Positions 1 through 10,602 of a stretch of 51,879 bases of DNA are shown here, piece by piece. The stretch is taken from the NCBI GenBank assembly GCA_051942245.1, contig JAVECL010000013.1, positions 62,001-113,879 of the forward strand, given 5' to 3'. The notes beneath the pieces are model-generated. The model was not told the origin of the DNA. It saw only the letters and a list, made by a program, of their open reading frames with translations, and did no database searches. Source of the DNA: Trypethelium eluteriae. Its lineage: Eukaryota. Positions within the stretch are counted from its first letter, which is position 1, and the number at the start of each line of letters is the position of its first letter. Both the position numbers and the translations under genes were made by a program.

Positions 1-1892
1 CGAGAGAAGGAGAATCGAAAGGGACGCCATTGAGACTTATATACATGCCACGCTTCATACAGCCTTGCGGCGTGAAATGTTGATATCTCACCTCTGCTGT
101 TGTGCTGATCCCAGGATCCCTTGTGAGACTCCTCTGAGCTATGAAGTTCGTAGGGTAGGATGACACCTTCCAGATTCATGTCTACATTGTGTGCTTTTGC
201 GGTAGCTTCGGAATCCCACCATACATAAGCCTTCGGACCATGTCAACAATAATGAAGGTAAGGGTCTCGGAGGGTCATGAGCATGTGCTCGGCCTAAGCA
301 AAAGATCGTCTCATCCTCAAGGATCCTGCATGAGGGCTATGCGAGACCCGTGCCGTATAGATAAACAGGGTCCAGCGGCAAAGAAACACTGAATCCGCAT
401 CCTTTTTAATCCAAGTTTAGCTGTAGCAACGGTGCCGCATGCGCTGGCACGCGATAGAGCCGTGATCAAAATAGACGAATGGATTGTTGATCAGCTGCGA
501 CAGTTGGTCCTTGATCGCCACCATCCGATCTTCCTATCCGACAACGTTTGCGATGAGTAAAAGATCGACAGCGTCCTTAATGAATGTATAAACAAGTGGG
601 TGTTCCTGATTGCTGGGATCTGCAGGTGCGATTCCATCCGCAGGGACTTGCTACCTAGTCGCAATCAGCCAAAAGAGCTAGAGAAGCCAGTCGATCCATG
701 CAAGTCAACCATGGAGCGTGATTGCACAGGAGCATGGGCACTATGGCATGCTTTTGCTCATCAATAATCCTTATCAGCGCAGATTTCGTGAAAGTCTTCA
801 AGATCTCTTATCAGAGTAACGTATAGAAGTGGGGTTGGCATCCAATCGTGGGTATGGTAAGGCCCGCAGACTTGTCGAGGGTCTGTCCCATTCCGGAGTT
901 TCCTCCTTCTGATGTTCCTTTGTGAACATCGCGGCATGCAGTTGTTTTGATAACGCCACGTCCAGAACCTGCATAACAAGACCTGAACTCGTTGGAACCC
1001 TTGATGGAGACGAAAGTCAAAGGTTCCCCTCCTCCGATTGGAGCGGAGGATGCGACAAATGTTAGCTAGGCCGTCAGAATCCTAGAGTCACTATCCACGC
1101 TAATCGAGATTTCCAAGCAGATACGACCAAAACATGGGGTCGGGTGACTAGAAGGTACCTTGGTAGAGGATCAGGATGGAGGGATTTGGACAATCATCCA
1201 AGTGTTTCGAGTCGCTTTCGGCGCAACGGTTCTCAGCTGCCTGAGACGGGGTAGGGTCTGCAGGAGTGGGCCTGGGGAAGAGATTAGGCACGAGGGTAGG
1301 GGAGAGTGGGAGAGGTGCCAAGAGCCGGCCAAAGGGCAGACGAAGGTGCGAAGACAGGAAGACTGACCATCCATCGCTTAGCATCGGCCCGGAGCTGCCA
1401 CCGGTCGCCGTCTTTGGCAGGAGCAACTCGGAACAATCGTGGCGAACTACCGAGCCTTTAGCGTCTCCTATCTCACATCGTCGTCTCCTATCAAGCTGCA
1501 AGAACCTCATCGCTAATCAAGTTCATGATGCGGTGTATAGTGTGCGGAGTACATCTCTAGCCAAAAGCAAAGGTGTTTAGATCTCTTTCGCCGGTCTCTT
1601 CCTGAGAATCTCCGGTTTCATTCGGGGAACTTTGCCGGGTCCGCACCCACGCGTAATCGTGATGCCATTTTATGCGTTCGAGACGCGTTTGACCGATCTG
1701 TGGCCGAACTCCAGCGACATGCTACCCGCTTTCAGGCCGTGCCGACACCGTATTGCGCGTTATTGCTGAACAGCTCCAATTTGAGATGGGATTAAATTCG
1801 GCCTGAGCAGCTATAGTTACGATCAAGAGCTCGTCGACACCTTCCTGTGCCCTTACACTTAGGGGTCGTATGTGGCAGAAGTCTCATTAACT

Positions 1893-3412
1893 ATGTCCAA
1901 AACCCCAAATACGATCGAATACGCACATACAATCATGGCCAAAAACCGTAGCGATCGAGAGCTGGCAAGCGTCTCAAGCGCCGACAATCCATATCCCAGA
2001 TATATACCGAAGCTCGATGATGTGGAACCGGACGTGGAGGCGATTCTCATCAAGGCTGGTGTTCCTGAACACCAGCTCAAGGACCACATTACCAGCGTTG
2101 TAAGTCATGCTCATTTGCAAAGTCAGCGTTAGGATGTTGGACCTTGACTGGCCCCTACCTGGACAAGCGGTAGTATGGACTTCGTAAAGCTTGCGGAATG
2201 GCACTTAAATGCGGCGCTTTCCTTGAGCTACTCATTGCCATATTACTTGTAACTCAAGTATATGGGCTTTCGTACCGGAGCGTTGTCACGGTACCGTATG
2301 TTTGCCAGAATACAAAACATACAGGCCAGAATCTTTCCTGGAATTCACGATACTTGTTGCTTCACATTTCGATCATCTCTATGGGAACTGACTGGGACTT
2401 CCACGAGCCTCGTCTTTCAATCTACTGATCACCGCTCGAGAACATCGTCATGAATCTTCATTGAGACCCTTCCATTGGCCACAGTAATCCCTGAAAAGCA
2501 AAAATCATCGCTCATACCTGAGAAATCTAAACAAAAATCTAACTTAGTACCAGAGAGAGCGTGGATGGGACATTCACCCCTTTCCTTGCATCGGTATTAT
2601 CCCATATCCCCTCGACGAGCAGGGCGTTCCAACGTAAGAATGGTGCATTCTAGGTCGATTCAATTTCCTCGACCTAAGTATTGTAAACCTTCCGGTGTAC
2701 CCTGAAGCCCTAGAGCGTGTCAAGAAGGGCCAAAGGATGCTAGATCTGGGATGTTGCGTAAGTGACATCAATGGTTCAGATCAGTGGATGTTACTGACTT
2801 GTCTTCACAGTTTGGCCAAGTTCTCCGCAAAATGGCAAGCTTCAAGTAAGACACTACATATCCAGCTACTGACTTGGATTTGGGTTCGATTAGGAATTCG
2901 ACGGTGCTCCCGCTTCCAATCTCTATGGCTCTGACCTAAGGCCTGATTTCATAGAACTTGGCTACGAGCTGTTCCTTGACAAGCATAAGTTCGGCGCGAC
3001 ATTCGTACTAGCTGATGTCTTTGATCCGAACTCTGATCTGAAGCAGCTGGATGGAACCATAGATATCATTCACGCAGCGTCATTCTTCCATCTATTTGAC
3101 AGGGACACCCAGATCAAGCTGGCCAAACGCGTTATTGCACTGCTGAAGCCGCAAAAGGACTCTTTACTATTTGGCAGACAAGTAGGCAAAGTGGAGGCCG
3201 GTGAGACACCTGCCAACTCACAACCTGGACGCCTGCTATTTAGGCACAATGTCGAGACATGGGCTGAACTTTGGAAACAAATCGGAAGGGAGACCGGGAC
3301 CGAATGGCAAGTAGACTCTGAACTGATACCGACCTGGACGAGCGGACTTGTGAAAGAGAGGCTGGAGGCAGAAGGGATTAGACAACATCGATTTACAATC
3401 CGCAGGCTCTGA
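1893..3412 (+). CDS. Class I SAM-dependent methyltransferase (fungal AusD/Trt5-like family); 5 exons: 1893-2099, 2554-2593, 2654-2757, 2811-2834, 2894-3412
   Basis: The spliced product reads ...HITSV|RERGWDIHPFPCIG|RFNFLDLS...MLDLGCC|FGQVLRKM|EFDGAPASNLYGSDLRPDFIELGYELFLD...DIIHAASFFHLF...FGRQVG, the motif order typical of this family. Introns carry CTAAC/CTGAC-type branch sites; intron 4 needs a GC donor. Confidence 0.85.
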
Positions 3413-3793
3413 TTAGGGAAAATGCTCTGATTCTCTCCTCAAACTTCAACCGTAAACGCGAGGGTTATGTCAAAGGCCTTGTATCCATACTTATTACAGG
3501 CATTCTAATAGCTCCAGAAGGTCATTCACCGGGCAAAAGTCTTGCAGCGCTTATAGACCTACACGATAATAGAATGGAATAACGACTTCGAGAACCATTG
3601 TTTCTGACCAAGGAGGAAGATAAGTCTTTCATTCATCGATCAGCGCTTCTTTCAGGAGCGGCATTAGAGTGAGAACTCAACATCAACCCGCAGATTCGCC
3701 ACCCCTCTCTTTACTTTTCCTTGGGTATCTTGGATCGCGTGACTCCAGATTCCAAAACGCCTAGTCCCAACTTAAGCTACAAGCGACTTTTCT

Positions 3794-4990
3794 TTACCAA
3801 ACGCCTATCTCCAGATCGGATCTAAAATCTCGGACCTCCTTGACCCAGATGAATCTCACACAAATCTCTTGGATTTCGAAGTAGCTTGTCTGAGGGTTGA
3901 TGACGTTTTGAGTGAGGAGATTTCTCACAAACAATATCAGCAATTTGATTGCTCTGATCTGATCTTCTTTTCGACCGTTTGCGGAAATCACCGGACCTTG
4001 GCCATCTGCACCCGTGTCCTCGAGGCCGATCTGCTCGACGTAGCGCAATGCATGCTGTATATAATCCTGCATGAGACCCGGGGGGTCATAATCGTCTAAG
4101 ACGCCAGAAAAAAGTAGCGAGTTGATCAGTTCCAGGGACCGGAGGTCCACAGGAAGGGCTCTGAGTCGATCAAGCGCAGCAGGAGGATTCTGCTTTAGTT
4201 CATACTGAAGATCCTCACCAAAGGCATGCTTGTTTTGATAGACCATGCCAGTCTCAAGTTCACCATTGCCTTGAGTCGTCTTTACCGAGGTTCTAGGCTC
4301 GTAGATTCCTTCTTCCTCCAGCATGCGGATGTATCTATCGATGTTGAAGCCTTTCACTGGTGAATTCCCAAGGTTGTGGAAGATTTGGGAAGGAGAACTA
4401 TGTTCAAAATCCTAGCGAAAAAAAGATATCAGGCACCGAGCTGCGCGTGACACGCTACGAGCTTTCTGGGAAAGCACACTCTTACCTCTGTAGAATCTGA
4501 GAGTAGGAGGGCCTTCACAAATTCCACCCGGGTCCGTAGAGCAGACTGTACCCTGGGCATTGGTACCGGTTGCTTTGAACAGGCCTCTGCGGGATGTGAA
4601 CCTGATTGCCAAGACTGTACGACTTCGACCCAATGCGAAAGCCAAGGGTTGTACCTCAGTGGAACCTTGTTTGCTGTGTAAAGTTGATATTCGCAATTGA
4701 TCAACGACGCGAGCAAAGCCCATCCAGTTAGGCGTCCACCTGCATATGCTCAGTACTTTGTACGATTGTTAAAATTGACAGGGACAGAGCGCACCCGAAC
4801 TTTCAAGCTCATTCAGCATGGACTTGAGCTGCAACGAGTCCTGGAAAATACTATCTAGTGTCTGGCCGTCAGGACTCCTTCCCGGGCCATGACGGGCCTC
4901 GTGGCACAGCTGCGCGGTTTCTGAAAGTGATCGCTCATGGTTGCAAAGAAGATTAGCAACAACCGGAGGCAATCGCGCTGAAGCATCCAT
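3794..4990 (-). CDS. CNOT11: CCR4-NOT complex subunit CNOT11 homolog (DUF2363 C-terminal domain); exons 4990-4801, 4739-4486, 4411-3794 (~353 aa)
   Basis: C-terminal blocks LPVDLRSLELINSL, PPGLMQDYIQHALRYVEQI and QIRAIKLLILFVRNLLTQNVINPQTSYFEIQEICVRF parallel the recalled metazoan CNOT11 blocks MSLHSMEVVNRL, PPEFIHLYISNCISTCEQI and [37 protein letters not shown]. The N-terminal PLRYNPW resembles PLAANPF. Both introns are canonical GT-AG. Confidence 0.8.
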
Positions 4991-5923
4991 GCTGTGTAAA
5001 GAAGGGAAGAATCTCTTGCAAGGCAGCCATGGATTTTTTTTTAGTTGTCGCGGGAGTCGCGTATCACAGAACCGGTCTTCCGGTTCTGCATTTCAGCTCA
5101 GGTCGGCGGCCACAGACTCGTGAGAGGACGTTGCCAAGGTGAGTTTACGAAGACGTGCGTCTGAGGACCGATCGAGACGGGATAGCTGGAAGTCGAGATC
5201 AATCACGACCACGACGACAGTATCGCCTAGATTGCAACCCCCTGTGAAACCCTACAATTGGTTGCTGGTTTGCGCGAAATGTTTTGGTGGGCCTGGGGGC
5301 AATCTATTGGGTCCAAAACACTTGCTAAAGGTTCCCCCACATATTTGTTTTGGCCACCAATCGGCATCGTTTCGTGCCGCGAATAGCTGACCTGACTCGT
5401 TCTGCCCTCCAAACAGCTTGATCATAACACTAGTAATTCCATCGATGGGTTTCGTAGTTCCTGTTAATCGCACGAACATGTAGGTAGGTTGGTGTGGCTT
5501 TACCCACTATCTACGTGATTGCTTCACTACGGCTTAACTATTGCCATTACTTGAAAAATGAACTCTTTGTAAAGGTCCAAGTGTCCACAGTCCACAACCG
5601 TCATTATCAATGTGCTCGCAATCTTTATGACACCATTGCATAAATTTCACCCCCAACAATTGGCTTCAGCTTAGTCAGATTGTGCTATTATTATCTGTTT
5701 CAATGGCTGAGATATCGATGAGTAGATAGGAGAGGAGTACGTAGGGGGGAAGCGGACACTGCGGGGTATAGCATTGTCAACAACGCCGACAAGGGGGGTT
5801 CTTATTCCCTACAGTGGTATGTACGAGCCAGAAATTGCTATAAGGCAAAGCAGCCCGGGTCTTTCATGATTGAGGAATAGATCGGAGGTAACGGTTGAGC
5901 CCACGGCATCAAGATCCTCAAGT

Positions 5924-6675
5924 ATGGGATACGATTCCCAAATATCCTTCACTCTGGATACGATATGCCCTTGGTAGGAACTTCAGCAACTCTTTCTAGA
6001 AATCAGCCCAGAGCGTCTACATTACAAAGAAATCTAACACAGCGAAGGACCTATCTTGCAAAACGGCGTCTATCCACCGCCCTCTCGCAGATTCGTTCGA
6101 CAAATCCTCCGGTAAACTTTACCCTTCACTTCTCACCCTACCAGCTCTATCCTGAAGCCTCTAAGGAGGGCGAGGATAAGTACGAGTCGTACAAGCGATC
6201 TAAATACCATGATTCAGAGGACAGAATGAAGATGTACACAACGCTGATGAGCGCATATGGCGCGAAGGAGGGTATTGACTTTAAATTTGGCGGGCCGGTG
6301 GCAAACACGTTGGATGCTCATAGACTCATACAGCATTTCCAAGAGAAGTCCGGCCCTGAATGCGCAGAAAAAATTGTGAATGCCTTGTACAAGCAATATT
6401 TCGAGGAAGAAAGGCATCCATCAAGCGAAGATACACTGCTAAGGGCCGCACTTGAAGCAGAGATTGACGAAAAAGAAGCGCGAGGCTTCATATCCGATGA
6501 AAATGAGGGATTAATGGAGGTCAAAATGTTGATCAGAGAACAGGCCAGTAATGGGGTAGACGCTGTACCATACATCGTTGTTGAGGGCAAACGGAGAGAC
6601 TTCACCCTCGAGGGCGCAAAAGAGGTCGAGGAATACATCAAAATATTGGAGCAGGTCATAAAGGAAAGTAGATAA
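5924..6675 (+). CDS. DSBA-like thioredoxin-fold protein (FrnE/HCCA-isomerase-like); exons 5924-5973, 6048-6675
   Basis: MGYDSQISFTLDTICPW|TYLAKRRL, F-x-P-YQL-x-P, NTLDAHRL and GVDAVPY cis-Pro motifs; intron GTAGGA...CTAAC...AAG. Confidence 0.85.
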
Positions 6676-7834
6676 TTTCTGGAAATGGACAGAAACAGTG
6701 GGGGAAGTGCAGCATCCCGCTGCTCGGTCGAGGCGAATACGCAGTTCAGTCGTGGTAGCAGGCGCAGTAGCTGCAAAATCCGATGAGGCTTTTCAAAATA
6801 GATGCGGATATCGTCAATCCCGGCACTGCCATGAACTTCATCCGTACCTTGGTCCGATGCAGTAGGGCTGAAGCACCAGATTGGGTATACAAGCAGGTTC
6901 ACATCGCCACAGCTAAGGACACTGCCTAAAATTGTGCACGGAAGTCTTTCATGTACCTACCCAGGTCGCTCTACAGCTGCGATGCATGCTGTCAGCCTTG
7001 CTAGTGGCTGCGTGCAGAACGTTGCACTAGAGCATGAGCATGTCCTGTTGGATTGCAAGACCACTTGCAAGCAGCCTCACGGGTCCGATTCTTTCCCTGA
7101 GCACAACACGCTCGATGAACATGACGACAGAGTCTCTTGCCGACCTGTGGATGCTCGAAAAGCGAGGACTAGGAGTGTATAGGCAGAGGAGCAGTCTCCT
7201 TGGAGGCTCGAGCTATGCTAATAGGCGTGAAGCTATCCCTCTTCTGTCTTAGTCGGGTTGACTGCTAAGCGCCCACCGAACTCGGGGTAACGGCAGCCAA
7301 CAAATGGTACTGCAGCAATACTAGAATATCTCGACATGAAGTCTCAGGTCCAATGGCCAGCGCTAATCTGCAGATGCAGGGTCTAGTTCCTGTCACCTAT
7401 GACGACGGATGGGCGCTTCAATTCTGGCCAGGCATCACGGCGCGTCGACGCCATGAAGGGGGGCGGAATACATAACGACCAGAGAGCATCGTCTCTGAAG
7501 TAAGATGGATATGTTTTTGAAACGTGCACTGCCTGACGAATTTCCTTTCTTGTCTCAATTCTCTCTCATGCTGTTGTCTGCGTGCCGAGCTGTAATGTGC
7601 ATATGATCCGGTACACTGTTCCCTTTCTCGTCTTTTCCAGCTTCCGAAAAAACATCGCCATCCCTCATGCTGGAGTATCGGGAGTCCGGACCAGCTTGTG
7701 AGCATGCCTTCTTTCATTGCGCCTCGTGTATAACATGACGATCTCTCCAAATGTTTCAATACTGACGACAATCAATCAATGGAAGGCTGTAGCTTCGGCT
7801 TTTCCTTGAAACTCTCATCAAATCCCTCCCCGCC

Positions 7835-9997
7835 ATGCCTTTGGCTCCTAGACATCATAACTCTGCTGTGCCGGCCATAGCATCTAATAATCTACGTCGG
7901 GATGCCTCTCAATCACTGCCTTCTGCCGTTCAAACGATATTACCTTCCTGCGCACAACCATGTCTAGCATCGTTTATCTCAGCTGGATACTCTTCCTCCG
8001 TTTGCCCTATTCCTTCCGACATCTTTTGCCTATGTTCCCATTACGACAATGGTGGATTCACTCTTGGGGAAGGAGCCCTCAGCTGTATTAAGTTGTCGTG
8101 CTCAACGCCAACTAGCTCGGAACTAAACAACGCCTACGACATCTGCAATGCTCAGAGCAACCATGTCACCCCAACCCATTCAACGCTCTCGATCACTGCC
8201 GTCCTCTCTTCTGTCCCTACTACCGCAGTCTCTTCAAGTCTCGGCAATCCGTCATCTTCCTCTGGCACGGCTAGCTCAGCATTGGGCACAATTACGTCAG
8301 CCGCATCGACACCAACTTCGACAGCCCCACAGACCTCAGCAGTAGTTGCGAGCGTAGCGCCAGAGCCAACGGAAACAGGCGTAGCAGCATCTCACAAAGG
8401 GTTGTCGACAGCACAAACCGTGGGAATCGTAGTCGCCAGTATTGCGTCGCTCGTACTTGTTGCAGGAGCTATCGCTTTGATTGGTTTCTGCATTCGACGA
8501 AAACGACTGCGGTCAGCAGAGGAGCCAAGCCTGCCGTTTGAGAGTGACGAAGCTACCAAGGGGGCAACACCAGAGAAATTTGGTCTGAACAACCCGATTC
8601 TGTATCCACCGAAAGTTACCAAGGATCCAAGAGGAGGATATGGCGGGGTTGGCATCGCCCGTGCGTCTCAATACCGAGCGGCTCTGGAGGAACAATCTTC
8701 TGGATCCGATTCCAGGGGTGTTGCACCGGGAGCTATTGGTGTTGCAATCAGTCCGGAAGGCTACGACAATGATACGCCTGTTAGTGGCACAAGCACGTGC
8801 ACGACATCCCGATTGCTGCCGGAGAAGCCAGCGGTGATCCCAGAGCAACAGTCAGCAGACAAGAGGCCGACCAGTAATTTTTCACAGGCGACTGTCTTCG
8901 AGGAAGACCATCAAGGTGCGGGTCGAAAGGTCGAGAATTTCGTATTCCCCGTACCGCCGTCACCCGTCTACAGCCGCTATCCGAACGAGAATCCGCCTGT
9001 GCAGATTGCAGCAGAGTTAGGTTCATTTCCAGAAAGGAGACAACCGCCACCACTTACTCTGAAGATTCCTCCGACAGTCCCTTCAACCAAAGCATCATCA
9101 ATCGCCCCACCACGCATAGTCGCTGTACCTCCACCAAAGTCGACCGCATATATGACTCCACTCAAAAACCAGCATCCATCAAAGGTAGTCATACAGGATG
9201 GATCACAAAACAGTCAGAGCAGAGGCCAAGCATCGCAGCCAATAGGCAGGGCAGGTGCCACAAGGCAAACACAAAATGCGCCACTCGACCAAGGCAGTCA
9301 GCAGGGAAAGTCACATAGCGGCAAACATGCCTCTGATCAGTCTCATCTGGAGTCAAATCGAGATTCTTGCGTTTCTGATACCTCTTTTGAATCGCTCGAA
9401 GATAATCCAACGCCTCCAGAGGAAACGGCAAAGAAGCTCTCACCTGTAGAGGAATCGCCTATTTCAAGTATCCGATACCCAAAAGTTCCTCGGTCCTCCA
9501 ACCAGATCGTCCCTCGACGCAGCCCAACCGGTCCCCAGTTTACGACGGGACCTTCTCTTCGCCCTCCACCGCGACCATGGAGACCTAATGTCTCACGCTT
9601 AGATGACGCTACGGATAGCAGCAGTTCTACATCAACTCTGCTGGCCAAGCGAAGAGGAGAGAACGCGGCGGTGGAAATTGAGCGTCGACTCGGCCTCCCC
9701 CATCAATCTTCTGTGCAGTCGTCCTCTGGAGCCTCGAGTGACCCACAATCACCGCGGACGGCGAGCAGTAGCAATACACTGGGGCTTGCCCCATTGTCTT
9801 GGCAAGCGGTGGGCTGGAGGCAATCGAGGTTTGCCAGCGCTCTACGAAACCGAGTTCCTGTGGCGGAAGGCGGACGGGAGGTGACATGGATAGATGATTC
9901 AGCCATCAGTCCTACAACGGTGTTGCGCAGTCCGATTTGGGAGCCTCGTTTGACACCGACGCGAAGGGGTGAAGATTTAATGCTGTCGGTGACATAA
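7835..9997 (+). CDS. CFEM-like domain single-pass membrane protein with S/T-rich stalk and long P/S-rich cytoplasmic tail
   Basis: 720-aa ORF with the Cys pattern LPSCAQPCL...C...CLCS...GE-ALSC...C...AYDIC, an S/T-rich linker, and the hydrophobic segment VGIVVASIASLVLVAGAIALIGFCI followed by RRKR. Confidence 0.8.
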   Translation: MPLAPRHHNSAVPAIASNNLRRDASQSLPSAVQTILPSCAQPCLASFISAGYSSSVCPIPSDIFCLCSHYDNGGFTLGEGALSCIKLSCSTPTSSELNNAYDICNAQSNHVTPTHSTLSITAVLSSVPTTAVSSSLGNPSSSSGTASSALGTITSAASTPTSTAPQTSAVVASVAPEPTETGVAASHKGLSTAQTVGIVVASIASLVLVAGAIALIGFCIRRKRLRSAEEPSLPFESDEATKGATPEKFGLNNPILYPPKVTKDPRGGYGGVGIARASQYRAALEEQSSGSDSRGVAPGAIGVAISPEGYDNDTPVSGTSTCTTSRLLPEKPAVIPEQQSADKRPTSNFSQATVFEEDHQGAGRKVENFVFPVPPSPVYSRYPNENPPVQIAAELGSFPERRQPPPLTLKIPPTVPSTKASSIAPPRIVAVPPPKSTAYMTPLKNQHPSKVVIQDGSQNSQSRGQASQPIGRAGATRQTQNAPLDQGSQQGKSHSGKHASDQSHLESNRDSCVSDTSFESLEDNPTPPEETAKKLSPVEESPISSIRYPKVPRSSNQIVPRRSPTGPQFTTGPSLRPPPRPWRPNVSRLDDATDSSSSTSTLLAKRRGENAAVEIERRLGLPHQSSVQSSSGASSDPQSPRTASSSNTLGLAPLSWQAVGWRQSRFASALRNRVPVAEGGREVTWIDDSAISPTTVLRSPIWEPRLTPTRRGEDLMLSVT

Positions 9998-10340
9998 AGT
10001 GCAAGACCTCAATTTTGGGTCACCTTCTCTGGCTATTCTGAGGCCATGTGTTATATTTGGGTTTTATTTGGGGTTTACTTGGGTTTGGTGCATAGAAAGA
10101 CTACTCTTTTCCCAGCGATATTTCTTTAGTCAATAGATACCCTCTGGTTTTGTTTTTTTTTTTTTTTTACCCACTGGTATGCAGAAATTGGCTTATCCAT
10201 GTACGTTAGGAGGCGAGACTACGATATGTACAAGTATCCGAACCCGAGGCTAGTGTAAGAACATTGAATGGATGAATCAGCGAAGTGAAGTTATCCAAGC
10301 TTGAAGTTGACAAAGCAGTGGCACAGTACAGGGGATGATA

Positions 10341-10366
10341 GCTCATAAGCTCATAAGCTCATAAGC
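10341..10366. repeat. Short tandem repeat (GCTCATAA)x3 in the transketolase upstream region
   Basis: Read directly: gctcataa gctcataa gctcataa gc. Confidence 0.85.
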
Positions 10367-10602
10367 AGGCAGTGAGTAATAGAGCAGCTAGGCAAGGTAA
10401 TAAGGTAATGAGCAGTGGACCAAAGGAAGCACTTGGCTGCTGCTGCCCCACCAACTGCCACTGACTGCCCCGACCTGGGAAACGTCACCCCACCAAGCTT
10501 GAATTCCTCCCTGCAAATCTTCCCAACTACAACTCCTTCGCCTTCCTGAGCGCCCGAGAAATCTCTGCATCTCTCCAATCCCATTCCGCGACAGCCGCAA
10601 AC

